Positions 25,885 through 38,150 of a stretch of DNA of 64,000 nt are shown here, one piece after another (positions within the stretch are counted from its first letter, which is position 1; each line of letters opens with the position of its first letter). Under the pieces are notes generated by a model. It had not been told where the DNA came from and searched no databases. It saw nothing but the letters and a program-made list of their open reading frames with translations. Position numbers and translations under genes: made by a program. Origin of the DNA: Centroscyllium fabricii (taxonomy: Eukaryota); contig JBNRSN020000004.1 of the NCBI GenBank assembly GCA_051313645.2, positions 74,152,001-74,216,000 of the forward strand. Reading direction: 5' to 3'.

Positions 25885-26284
25885 AGAAACATAGAAACTA
25901 GGAGCAGGAGTAGGCCATTCGGCCCTTCGAGCCTGCTCCGCCATTCAATGAGATCATGGCTGATCATCCAAACCCAGTACCCCACCCCTGCCCTCTCCCC
26001 ATATCACTCGATCCCTATCGAGCCTGCATCGACACATATCCCACCCTATTCCCCGTAACCCCACATATTCAATCCCCCTAACACTAAGGGTCAATTTATC
26101 CTGGCCAATCAACCTAACCCGCACATCTTTGGACTGTGGGAGGAAACCGGAGCACCCGGAGGAAACCCACGCAGACACGGGGAGAATGTGCAAACTCCAC
26201 ACAGATAGTACCCGAGGCTGGATTTGAACCCGGGTCTCCAGTGCTGTGAGACAACAGTGCTAACCGCTGTGCCACCGTGCCGCC
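25885..26284 (-). mobile_element. HE1/V-SINE-type SINE inserted in a CR1 tail
   Basis: Reverse complement of the SINE body. The CR1 tail repeat tatgttctatgtttctatg continues after 26284. Confidence 0.9.
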
Positions 26285-27569
26285 CATATGTTCTATGTTT
26301 CTATGTTAATGGTAAAAAGAGTTCTTAGCAAAATGCGGGCGGCCTTTGCGAAATTTGTCTTTGGGAGCGTGTCCAAACATCCTTTACGACTGACTGGTCC
26401 AGTTATTTGTTGAGAAATTACTCAACTTTGTCACCAGATAATTAACATCAGTGATGAATCCAGAATTATGGTCCATTTGTCAGAAGAGAAGCTCTAAACC
26501 AAGCAGGCCTGCCAGATTGCATTGCCTAATGACAGCAGCGCATGGATATTACAGGACGAAGAGTATTGCTAGAACAGTAGCAGAAACAATGCTGATATAG
26601 AAGCCAGAGCTCCGTGTTTAAGCCAGGAACAAAGAGCTGCTGCAGCTGCACACCAACATTCTGTATTGATCTCAAAAGTCCACAGAGAATTCCTGCAGCA
26701 GAGCATACACTGCTTCTCCTGCCTGTAGAACTCTCTCCCAATTAAGTTTGTTGCCTAGACCTCAGAATTTTAAGCACAATTAACCACTGCTACTCGATCA
26801 GGCTTGCTGAAGCATGCTTCACCCAGAGGACAGTTGTTTCCCATTGGCACCCCAATACATTTTCTCTAAACTTTTATGTTCCCATCAGACCCAATTGTAC
26901 AAGGCACCTTTTTTTTGTTAGTTATCTATTTCAATGCTTCTTTAATACGCCACTTTAAACACAAGTAAAAAAAAAAGAAAGGCTGCCCATCTATCTAGAG
27001 TACTCAATCTGGAACACAATAGATTCTTTATTATTTACAGTTCATCTAACTATGTCAAAAACTTTCCCCGTACAAGCTGGTAAAATATTTTTAAGGTGCT
27101 ATTTGCATCCGAGTGCATCCAGCTTTTTAAGATTCATGGGGGAAATAGAGTTCAAAAAGGTCCTTGTGGAAAAAATTTACTAACTGAAAATTGGACCTAT
27201 TAGGGTATCATGGACTCATCTGAAGGCTTGGTAGAAAGCGAATGAAATTGATCTCTTGAAAATCCATGTAATTTGTTCATCCTAGTTTCACTTAGATGAC
27301 TTGACACAGAGTGATGGAGTTATTCAACCCCCCTGCCCATCGTATCAATGCATTAAGCTGGTCATGGAATTCCCTTTCTCAGAGGTCATTGCTAACTGGT
27401 TTTAAAATGAATCAGTCAGTCTTTTAACTAATTTAATCTGAATATGCAATGAAACTAAAAAAAAATTCAAGCATTCATTTAACTTGCATTTATATAGCGT
27501 TCGCTAAAACTCACTTTCATAGCCACATCTCTTCTCAACAACTGTCTCTGGCTTGGACTCATTCCACGT

Positions 27570-27692
27570 GGGGTTCTGAAATGAAACATTAACCCTACCT
27601 TGCTCTCTCCACAGATGCTGCCTGACCTGCTAAATGTTTCCAGCACTATTTTTATTTCAGATTTCCAGCATCTGCAGTACTTTGCTTTTTGC
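27570..27692 (+). mobile_element. Short Penelope-type terminal-repeat fragment (second family)
   Basis: ctctctccacagatgctgcctgacctgct...atttccagcatctgcagtactttgctttt. Related to 63760-63892 and about 44380-44440. Family assignment from memory. Confidence 0.5.
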
Positions 27693-28198
27693 ATTTATAT
27701 AGCACTTATACAATGATACTGGAATGTTCTTAAAATATTCACTTAACAGAGGCATAACAACTTGCATTTATAACACCTTTAACGTAGAAAATGTTGCAAG
27801 ACACAGTGCTGGGGGCGGGGGGGGGAAATATGAATAAAATAATAGGCACCAAGCTTTGGTGGGAGAGTTAGGACAAATGAGCAACAGCGTGATTGATAAG
27901 GTGTATGCCTAGAGTCAGAGCCCAATAAAACTCTGGAGCAATGCAGAGCAAGACTCCGTTGTAGGAAGGAAGGATGGGGGGAAGGAGAGAAGGATGAGGG
28001 AAGAGTCTCGTTTCGCTTCAGAGCAAGGTCAGGCCATTATTCCAGATTTACACCACAAGCGGTTAGCATTAGTACAAAGTTATGCTGTTTCACGCTGGCA
28101 TTATACTTAGTGTATATGCACCCTAACTGGCATTATTCCATCAGATATCGAAGATGACAAAAACATTTTATTTTATTCATGTATTAAAAAATTCGCTA

Positions 28199-28361
28199 NN
28201 NNNNNNNNNNNNNNNNNNNNNNNNNNNNNNNNNNNNNNNNNNNNNNNNNNNNNNNNNNNNNNNNNNNNNNNNNNNNNNNNNNNNNNNNNNNNNNNNNNNN
28301 NNNNNNNNNNNNNNNNNNNNNNNNNNNNNNNNNNNNNNNNNNNNNNNNNNNNNNNNNNNNN
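28199..28361. other. Assembly gap (163 N)
   Basis: Run of N. Confidence 1.
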
Positions 28362-28817
28362 AGAACTACCTGTTGAACTGAAAATGTAGTCAAGGGCAAA
28401 GAAGGAGACAGGAAAGTGCAAAGAATTAAGGGAAATTATTGAGCGGAATTTGGGTGGTGCACAGAAATCCACATCCAAATCAGACACCTCTTGTCAATGA
28501 GCGTGACAAGCTAGGACAAGCCACTGCCATCTGTGCATTAGAGAAAACTGCAATCAATGTAAAAAGCTGTATGCTAATATAAATCTTGCATATCATGGAA
28601 ATATAAGATGCTACAATTTCAAATGATAGTGACCGCTCATTACCATTTCTTATTACCATTTAATCCAACAAGGTAATATTTACCAATTATAAAAATCTGG
28701 TACATTTCAATAGAACTTCAGGTTCATAGATTAAACTGAACTGCTTAGATCGAAACTGATAAAAAAAAGCATTACAATAATTTGTGTGCTAAAAAATGCA
28801 TGCAAGGGGTCACCTAC

Positions 28818-29006
28818 CTGAATAGGTCCAACTGACATCAGCAGGTTTTTCAACTGGAAATCAGTGGTTGAGGAAGAAAGCCCTTCAATTGACACCACAC
28901 ATGGTTGAGGCCTGCATTCCACCACTCGCAGATTCTGTTTATGTTGCATCATGCGTCCTCGGCCCATCTGGCCTGCTAATGCTATGCCGCGCCCCTGCAT
29001 AATGAC
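28818..29006 (-). CDS. RBM33: RBM33 coding exon, start of the C-terminal RRM-like region
   Basis: VIMQGRGIALAGQMGRGRMMQHKQNLRVVECRPQPCVVSIEGLSSSTTDFQLKNLLMSVGPIQ. Acceptor tctctacag, donor CAG|gtaggt, 189 bp, phase 0/0. Confidence 0.93.
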
Positions 29007-29373
29007 CTGTAGAGAACACAACACTCAGCCAATTTATTTTGTCCTTGGGGTGTCAGCTTGTGGCTCAAAACTTTGTGGGTCATACAATGGTTTCACAGCA
29101 ACATTTACTGTGTGAAACTACAGTTTAAGATAAGGTTATATTTTTAAAGCTGCTATGCCCCATATTTAACTAATAACTACGATCCCTAAAATCAATCAGA
29201 TTCAGTATTTTCAACTGGAGGCAATATTTTAACAGCAAAGCCCTAATCTATATGCGTGAAAGAATTTGCTTGCCTCTGCAAAATAAATAATAGAGCTATT
29301 GATGCACTATTTTGCTTAAACGCTAGTTTTGTGTTGAAATTACACCAACAAAGGAAAACAAAACAAAAGGAAT

Positions 29374-29754
29374 AGAACATAGAAGATAGGAGCAGGAGTA
29401 GGCCATTCGGCCCTTCGAGCCTGCTCCACCATTCAATGAGATCATGGCTGATCATCCAAACCCAGTACCCTGTCCCTGCCTTGTCCCCATATCCCTATTG
29501 AGACTGCACCAACCCATATCCCACCCTATCCCCGTAACCCCACATATTTAATCCCCCTAACACTAAGGGTCAATTTATCCTGGCCAATCAACCTAACCCG
29601 CACATCTTTGGACTGTGGGAGGAAACCGGAGCACCCGGAGGAAACCCACAGGGAGAATGTGCAAACTCCACACAGATAGTCACCCGAGGCTGGATTTGAA
29701 CCCGGGTCTCTAGTGCTGTAAGGCAACAGTGCTAACCACTGTGCCACCGTGCCG
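29374..29754 (-). mobile_element. HE1/V-SINE-type SINE
   Basis: Reverse complement of the SINE body and tail. Confidence 0.9.
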
Positions 29755-30659
29755 TATAATAATTTGAGAAGGTTTAAAATAATTTGAAGACTTAAGGCCT
29801 GCACAGCCACTATCCCCTAAAAAGGTTGGGTATACAGAGACGACTGAAAAACGAAACGTAATAGTCACAGTCAAGATTTCCCCAAAATTGGATAGGGCAG
29901 TGGGAATACTCGATTATCTAGGATGCTACAATGCACGTGTGATCTTGCAATGCAGTTTGTTCAACAGAGGTAAGAGGCTGATAGGAGGTAAATGCACCAA
30001 TTAAAAAGCTGTATCCTTGAGAGAAAATGGACTGGTACAAGGGGAATAAAAAAAACTAAGTGTAGGTTGAATGACAAAAAATTAGTAAGACTATATTGAA
30101 AGTTGACTATCTCAAAGTCAGTTATACCAAAGTGGCACAACAATGTAGGAGATAACTTCAGAAATTAAATCAGCCTGGAGCAGAAGAACATCGAATTGTT
30201 AACTATCTTGAGCAGTCTGATCATATTATGTAAGTACACAAATTATTCCATGCAGTTGCCCTGCAACGGAAGTCAAGAGAAATTCTTGCATAACAATCCG
30301 AGAGGTGACAATTAATAAAATGAGCTTTTACCTTTCCTGGCAGCCCTTAACCAACTTAGCTTAGCTAGCCAAACTTCCTAGACTAACCAACACCTTGATT
30401 CTGTTTATATAGAAAAACAAATTTCTACAAATATTAATAAAGTGGTCTCAGACATATTTAGTGACAGATAAACCTTGATCTCCTGAGACTGAAAAAAATG
30501 CAACCATGTCAAACATTTGGGGCATGACCCAAAGACTCTATCCTGTCAACCATCAAAGCATGAAATTTACTCACTGGAGATGAGCAAGAAATGCTCATAT
30601 TTTCAAACTGAAGAACACAAGATCACACACAACGTGAGTTCAAATGAGCTTGTGAGGAA

Positions 30660-31730
30660 CAAGGTTCGGATCCTGGGGATAGTCATTAACTGGCATTTAT
30701 GTAGCGTAAATGTTACCTGCCACTTGTCAGCCCAAGCCTGAATGTTATCCAGAACCTATATTGTAGTTGCACTAATTTTGTACTTCATTGTGAGGTTATG
30801 CCTGGCAATGCTCCTGGCACACATTGAACCAGGATTGGTCTCCTAACTCAAGAAGTGAGGGATATGCCAGGACATGAAATTATAGGTGGCGATGATTTAC
30901 AATGCCGCTGCTTCGGATGGCCCACAGCATCTCATAGATGATAAGTTTTGGGCTGCTAGATCTGTGCTTAGGCTATGCCACTTAGCAAGATGGTCATACC
31001 ACATTGCATGATGGAGGATATCCTCAGAGTGGAGACGAAACTTAGTCTTCACAAGGAGTGTCAATGCTATCGTGAACAGGCGTGTCTGCAACAGAAAAGT
31101 CAGTGAGCAGAGTTCCTCGTGTTGGTTCCCTCACCATCTGACACAGGCGCAGACCGCCAGATGCGTCTTACAGGAGCCAGCCAGCTCAATCAATCGGTGA
31201 GGGTATGATTTTGCCACTCTTGGTGGTGCACATTGAGGTTCCCTACCCAGAGTATATTCTGTGTTATTGCTTCCCTCAGAGCTTCCTCCAACTACTCTTC
31301 AATATGGAGGAGCGTTGACTGAACAGTTGAGGGTGGTACAGGAGGTGGTGATCAGCAGGTTTCTTTGAACTTGTTTGACCTGAAGCCTTGAATCTTCATG
31401 AGGTCTGGAGACAATGTTGAAGACTCCCAGGGCCACTTTCAACTGACTGTATGCCACTGCCCTCACCTCTGGTAGATGTCTCATGTCACTGGGACCAGGC
31501 ATACCCAGGGATGACGATGGAAGAATCTAGAACGTTGGCTGATTGATGTATTGTGTCATTCTGTCAAGTATGAATTCATCAGCTGTTTGATTAGTCTGGG
31601 GGACAGTTCTCCTCACCTGGGCACTTGCCCCTAGGTGTTGGTGAGGAGGACTTTGCAGGGTCGACAGGGCCGAGATAGTCTTCGTCTTATAATATGATGC
31701 CTCGGTCACTGCCAAAAGGTCAGGTTGATT
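30660..31730 (-). mobile_element. Degraded LINE fragment (endonuclease/RT region)
   Basis: Eroded LINE-like coding motifs (YRPP-like, GNLNVHHQEW). Clade uncertain. Confidence 0.5.
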
Positions 31731-31742
31731 TTATTAATGAAC

Positions 31743-32735
31743 ACAAGACGTAGGAGCAGGAGTAGGTCATTTGGCCCCTTGAGCCTGCTCCACCATTCAA
31801 TAAGATCATGGCTGATCTGATCTTGGCCTCAACTCCACTTCCCTGCCCGCTCCCCATAACCCTCAACTCCCTTATCGTTCAAAAATCTGTATCTCCACCT
31901 TAAATATATTCAATGACCCAGCCTCCACAACTCTCTGGGGAACAGAATTCCAAAGATTCACAACCCTCAGAAGAAATTCCTCCTCATTTCTGATTTAAGA
32001 GGATGCCCCCTTATTCTGAAACTATGCCCCCTAGTTCTAGATTCCCCCACAAGGGGAAACATCCTCTCGGCATCTACCCTGTCGAGCCCCTTTAGAATCT
32101 TATATGCTTCAATAAGATCCCCTCTCATTCTTCTAAACTCCAGTAAGTATAGGCCCAACCTGCTCAACCTTTCTTCATAAGACAACCCTTTCATCTCCGG
32201 AATCGACCTCGTGAATCTTCTCTGAACTGCCCCCAATGCAAGTACAGGTTGAGCACCGTTGATCCGGCACCCTCGGGACCAGGCCGGTGCTGGACCACTG
32301 AAAATCCCAAACCACTGAAGGTTCTGGGGGAGCGTGCGGGTAGAACACTCGCTGGGGCCCGGAGCGCGTGGTAGAACACTCCCCGGGGCCCGGAGCGCGC
32401 GGGTCGGAACACTCACCGGGAGGGAGCCCGGGGATGGAACACTTACAAAACCTAAAAACACAAACCCAAACACCTGACGCCTTCGGCGCTCGCTCACCCT
32501 ACCCGGAAAACGGTGGCGCCGCCGAGCGGCTGCTCAGCAAAATGAAGAGCGCTGGTTTCCAATCATGCCGGACCACTGAAGCTGCCGGACCATCGGGTGG
32601 CGGATTACCGGTGCGCAACCTGTATATCCTTCCTTAAATAGAGACCCCAAAACTGGCAGTACTCCAGGTGAGGTCTCACCACTGCTCTATACAGTTATAA
32701 CAGGACCTCCCTACTTTTATACTCCATTCCCTTCG
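31743..32735 (-). mobile_element. CR1 LINE 3' fragment interrupted by a MITE
   Basis: VQRRFTRSIPEMKGLSYEERLSRLGLY...; tail at 31743. Confidence 0.9.
32245..32622. mobile_element. Tigger-like MITE with internal tandem repeats
   Basis: TIR caggttgagcaccg / cggtgcgcaacctg, TA TSD. Repeats of gaacactc...ggggcccggagcgcg. Confidence 0.85.
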
Positions 32736-33264
32736 CATGAACTTTGTAGCAACTATTTACAACTGGATGGTTTGCTCGGCTGCTTCAGAGAGAATCTCCA
32801 CATGTTTGTTGGACTTGTTTCCAAGGCGACGGGGATATCCCGGTTTGGGAGTTGTTAAAATCATTCTTATGAGGAACATTACATTACCGAGAACAAGAGT
32901 AGCAAGATCATGGAAATACCATCAACTCAACGTTCTCTGCCAACTTGGACATAAAGTTATGTTCCTTCATCGTCACTGGATAAAAATCCTGGAATTCCCT
33001 ACCAAAAACTACCATGGAGAATCATAATTTCAAGGTCTGCAGTAGTTCAAGGAGATGGCCCACCAGAACCTTCTCAGGGAAACTGGAGATGGGAAATCAT
33101 CTCAGCCATGCCCACATTCAGAGAACAAAAAACAAAAAACTACAAAGCAAACAGTGACATGTTGAGTATGTTCAGCAGTCAAAGGGGTCTCTATCCACTG
33201 GAACCAGGTCTGATGAAAATCTGGGCCTCCCTAAACTAAATTTGTGACAGACCACAAGGAGTTT

Positions 33265-33990
33265 AAGAACATAAGAAATAGGAGCAGGAGTAGGCCAATC
33301 GGCCCCTCGAGCCTGCTCCGCCATTCAACAAGATCATGGCTGATCTGATCCTACCCTCAATTTTATTTTTACTCTCCACCCCGCCCAGACCCATGTGATC
33401 ACCTGGGAGAGGCGAAAATAGATTAAAAAACCCAGTAGCCAATTTGGGAGAGAAAAATCAGGAAAATTCCTCTCCGACCCATCTAGGCGATCGAAAACTG
33501 GTCCAGGAGATCACATGGCCGATCTGAACCTAGCCTCACGTCCACTTACCTGCCCGCTCACCATAACCCCGAATTCCCTTTAATTCCAGGAAACTGTCTA
33601 TCTCAGTTTTAAATTTATTCAACGTAGTAACTTCCACAGCTCTCTGGGGCAGCAAATTCCACAGCCCCACCACCCTCTGAGTGAAGAAGTTTCTCCTCAT
33701 CTCAGTTTTGAAATGGCAGCCCCTTATTTTAAGATTATGCCCCCTAGTCCTAGTCTCACCCACCATTGGGAACATCCTCACCGCATCTACCCGATCAAGC
33801 CCTCTCACAATCTTATATATTTCAATAAGATCGACTCTCATTCTTCTGAACTCCAATGAGTAGAGGCCCAATCTACTCAGCCTCTCGTCATATGTCAGCC
33901 CCCTCATCCCCGGAATTAACCCAGTGAACCTTCTCTGCACTGCCTCGAGAGCAAGTATGTCCTTTCTTAAATAGGGACACCAGAACTGTT
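33265..33990 (-). mobile_element. CR1 LINE 3' fragment with extended, structured 3'UTR
   Basis: ORF 33536-33940, tail at 33265, and an extra ~170-bp module at 33355-33520. Confidence 0.9.
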
Positions 33991-34784
33991 TGGGAAAGAA
34001 AATCCTGGAACATCAGGATATGCTGATCATTCAGGTTTTGGCCTTATAGGAGTCAAAGACATTTAGATTGACAAGTTCAATTCTCAAATAAAATCTAAGA
34101 TTCTTCTCAGCTACAGGTTTATGATTGGGGTGATAAAATGCACACTCTGCACTAGATTCAGAAAAATTATCAATGTTGTAGGTTATCTAGATATGGTAAT
34201 TGATAATGACTGGCGAAAGGGCTGAACAAATGCTGAGACATGCATCACTGACTCCAGTGGCCAAGCCAAGGCAGACATTTGGAACCTTCAACAATGTTCA
34301 AGAGACACAATTGTCATTTGGAATAAATGAAACTGAATCTTAGTTAATATGTTTCTGTAAAAGTCGGTTTAACTGGCTTGAAATTTCAGTTTAATGGCAG
34401 AATCAGTGTAAGAGTCTTGGCTTCTGACAACTATCAGAATGTTTCCTGGATTTTCCTTAATTCCTTCTGTGACAAAGTGCCTGTGCTGCTGTTTTGATTT
34501 GCACCAAGAACATGACTTGGAGATTTACCCCAAGTATATATCAAGCTAAGTTAGTGGGTAGATTAGTGTTGTGGTTACAGTACGAGACAGGCAACCCAAT
34601 AGTCACACAAGTTCAAATTTCACCGCAAATAGTTTTGAAATTGAATTCAATAAATCTGATCATTTGCAAGTTAGCACCCGAGAAAATGACCATGAAAGCT
34701 GCTGAAATGTTAAAAATCCAACTGGCTCACTTAATATCCATTAACCCTGCTTTGTCTGGCTTGCTTATAACTAGCCCACACCAA

Positions 34785-35066
34785 AGAAAGAACTTGCATT
34801 GGTATTGCACCTTTCACAACCACAGGGCCACCCAAAGTGCTTTACAAGCAATTAAATACTTAAGTGTAGTCACTGTTGCAATGAACGTAAACGATCCCAT
34901 GGCACTACTGGAAGAACAGGGCAGTTCTCCCAGTGTCCTAGCTAACATTCAACCCTCAAATAACATCACCAACACAGGTTATTTGGTCATTCATTTCATT
35001 GCTGTTTGTGGGACTTTGATGTGCACGTATTGGCAGGTGTGTTTCCCTGCACCGCATCAGTGACTA
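34785..35066. mobile_element. DeuSINE (SacSINE1-like) with inverted tail/body arrangement
   Basis: 34785-34882 is the reverse-complement tail; 34883-35066 is the forward Deu core (gatcccatggcacta...ctcccagtgtcc...ttgctgtttgtggga). Confidence 0.68.
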
Positions 35067-35073
35067 AACCTGT

Positions 35074-35266
35074 TGGTGCATTTCCAGCTTTACACTGGGA
35101 GTCATTTTATACATCACTGGCTGGCCGATATACTGGCAGAATGGATTGCTCACCCGTTCTACAACCCAATTTCAATGGAATTAAAATTGGGCAGGCAATT
35201 CGCTCTGCCAGATTGCTGCTCAGACAGTGAAGTTGAAAATTACCCCAATGTTTGTAGGTGTTCCTC
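35074..35266. mobile_element. Old palindromic Harbinger-like MITE
   Basis: Degenerate TIR ggtgcatttccagcttta / tgaagttgaaaattacccc and inner arms ctggcagaatggattgc / gcaattcgctctgccag. Confidence 0.55.
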
Positions 35267-35780
35267 AACCCGCCAATTGCCCCCAATGGGAAAGAGAGGA
35301 GAAGGGAGAACACCTTGTTCAACAATTGAGCAGTTCTTAGGATGGCATGAAGTTGGTCTTATGGAGGCTGTTCCGGACAATGGTATCTCTAGAGTAGCTA
35401 GTAGTAAGGGACCCCTAACTGGGCATCTCCAGGCAGGTAAGAAATTGGACATTTTTACTAAAACATCAAAAAATCTGCTTATTTCATTTCTTTCTATATA
35501 AAATGGAGAACCACCTTGGGGGGGGGGGGGGGGGGAGGAAAATGTGCACAACCCCCAGACTCTCCTTTCCATTTAAAGAGGAAATAGTTAAGCACCAACA
35601 AAACTGACCAGTTACCAAAATCTAGGAGAACAATGCTATGAAGGGTTAATGGATTTAAAATAAGTACATGTAGTCCCTTACTGCCTTGTGGCTGAGGGCA
35701 TCCATAATACTTTGAACCTATTTTACCTTCACAGCATAAGCCAGGTGTATTTACACTATTTGGAAACTACATGTGCTTAC

Positions 35781-35981
35781 CCTGTTCTGTTGATTGGCTG
35801 AATTCTTTGTCATTCCGAGCAATTGTGGTACAGATTGCTGCCGCTGTTGCTGTGGTCGTTGCTGTTGGGCTCCTTTTGTCAATGTGACCTTCCGAACAGG
35901 CTGCTGTTTCTGAAGTTGCTGCTGGTGCTGCCGCTGAGGTTGGACCTCAGGATGAGAGAAGCCAGTGTTCTCGCTCCCCTG
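35781..35981 (-). CDS. RBM33: RBM33 internal coding exon
   Basis: (Q)GSENTGFSHPEVQPQRQ...QPVRKVTLTKG...NQQNR, similar to human GGESDGFFHPEGQPQR...PARKVTLTRG. Tandem acceptor ttccag|cag|GGG (start 35981 or 35978), donor AGG|gtaagc, phase 0/0. Confidence 0.88.
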
Positions 35982-36479
35982 CTGGAAGAACACAGCATCA
36001 CGCTGCTCAGTTTCTTCACTCAACACAAAACCCTTTACCACTCACCGTGTGCTAAATGCAGTATGACCTTGCAGAAACAGGGAAAATAAACTACACAGTG
36101 CACTGTGAGGTGATGGATTCGCCCCACTTACACAAAGACTGCTAATTTAAATGTACTTTGCAGGACCAAAGCAGAAGATTTCCGAACAAGGAGGGAAATA
36201 AATATCTCCCATTTATTAGATATATTTTAATGCCCTCACCAGTGACATGTTGAACACCCACAATAACAGCTCCGAAGCATGGAAATGAAACACTTCGCAA
36301 TTTTTACATTACTGTCACCACTGAATCTCACCGATAACCAAAAAGGGTGCCTAAATCAGTGCTGCCTCTGAAAACTATTGCCAACAGATAGGTTAGATCA
36401 GCCAAGTGCCTGTTTTCTGGTGTACAGCTAACAATAGCTGGATGATATCATGCCAGTTGGGGGATAAAAGGTTAGCTCT

Positions 36480-36850
36480 CCGATAGTCTGCTCGGTAAAA
36501 AGTATTGTCTGGTGCAGCAGCAAGATAAATGGACCAGAAGCTCCCAAGTTTTCATTCCTGGTCTGTGCGGATATCAGTCAGGGCAGTTAACGTGTTACAA
36601 TTGCCCTCAGTGCCTGAGCTGGTAAAGGGAAAAAATCAGCATTGGTTCTCATGCCTGGTTGCAATCTGCTGACTCCTGCTAGAACGTGAATGTGTGTAAA
36701 TAGCAGGCGAGGGCAGAATTGGTTTCAGCTGTAACGCCTCGTCAGCCCTCACAGTTGAGGCTTATACAAAAAGAATGTGGTAATTTGGGTGAGGCATGAG
36801 GGAGCTGCCAGGGACCATGAAACTGCCTCGTGATCTCACCCTCTAACTAC
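36480..36850 (+). mobile_element. Old SINE-like repeat
   Basis: Degenerate B-box-like ccaagttttcattcctggtctgtg and a body resembling a remembered chondrichthyan SINE. Not verified. Confidence 0.4.
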
Positions 36851-36971
36851 AGAGTTTGGGGTGGGGGTGCTGTCAATGGTGGAAGACTATATTGAAACTA
36901 CTCTCTTCTTTGGGTTCCCCTTAATTATTTCAAATCAAATATCCGACAAAGTAAAAAGTCACACAGTATAA

Positions 36972-37343
36972 AGGATGACACGGTGGCGCAGTGGTTAGCA
37001 CTGCTGCCTCGCAATAAGGAGCTCCTGGGTTCGAATCCTGCTTGGCCCGGGACCTCTCTGCGTGTAGTTTGCATGTTCTCCCTGTGTTCGTGTGGGTTTC
37101 CTCCGGGTACTCCGGTTTCCTCCCACCACCCAAAGACATGCAGGTTAGGTGAATTGGAGATACTAAAAATTGACCATGAGTATGTGTGTGAGATATAGTT
37201 CTTAGAGTTGGGGGTGTCGGGGGATATGGGGAGAGGGTAGGAGGGGGGTGCTGGGTTTGGATGATCAGCCATGATCGCATCAAAAATGGCGGAGCAGGCT
37301 CGAAGGGCCTAATGGCCTACTCCTGCTCCTATCTTCTGTGTTA
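36972..37343 (+). mobile_element. V-SINE-type SINE, different subfamily
   Basis: tggcgcagtggttagc A box, gggttcgaatcc B box, gtttgcatgttctccctgtg core, CR1 tail. Confidence 0.85.
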
Positions 37344-37671
37344 CACCATTTACAAACAGAAGGCCAACCCTTTCAAATAGCATGATGTGCAGAGTTTGCA
37401 ATTATCGCTGCTCTCCTACCAGCATTAACTATCTACATATCTCATTCAAAATCTTGCACATTGCAAACACTTCCTTTCCAGAATCATTACATCCTGGAAC
37501 ACTTTTCATGTCAATTTTACAACGGGAAAGCATATATAAACATTAGATATAGGAAAAATAAGTAAATATTTTATAACGGGAAAACCACACAAATAATTGT
37601 CCGTTACGAATCATTCAAAATGCTTTTTAAAAATTGCGCCATTTTTATCCTTCAGTAATTGAAATTTCTAA

Positions 37672-38053
37672 TAGAAACATAGAAGATAGGAGCAGGAGTA
37701 GGCCATTCGGCCCTTCGAGCCTGCTGCGCCATTCAATGAGATCATGGTTGATCATCCAAACCCAGTACCCTGTCCCTGCCTTGTCCCCATATCCCTCGAT
37801 CCCTATCGAACCTGCACCGACACATACCCCACCCTATCCCCGTAACCCCACATATTTAATCCCCCTAACACTAAGGGTCAATTTATCCTGACCAATCAAC
37901 CAAACCCACACATCTTTGGACTGTGGGAGGAAACCGACACAGACACGGGGAGAATGTGCAAACTCCACACAGATAGTCACCCGAGGCCGGATTTGAATCC
38001 GGGTCTCCAGTGCTGTGAGGCAACAGTGCTAACCACTATGCCACCGTGCCGCC
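37672..38053 (-). mobile_element. HE1/V-SINE-type SINE
   Basis: Reverse complement of the SINE. Confidence 0.9.
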
Positions 38054-38150
38054 ATTTCTTTGCTTTTTCTAAGTCTTCCAAACAAAATGGAAACTAAATG
38101 CTCAAAATGTTATTTCAGGCAAGTGATGAGATTTATTTCAGTTTTATATA

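Noticed and set aside
34494-35501. 189-aa and 142-aa ORFs
   Set aside because: They span unrelated repeat fragments (DeuSINE, MITE) and show no protein-like motifs or splice support.
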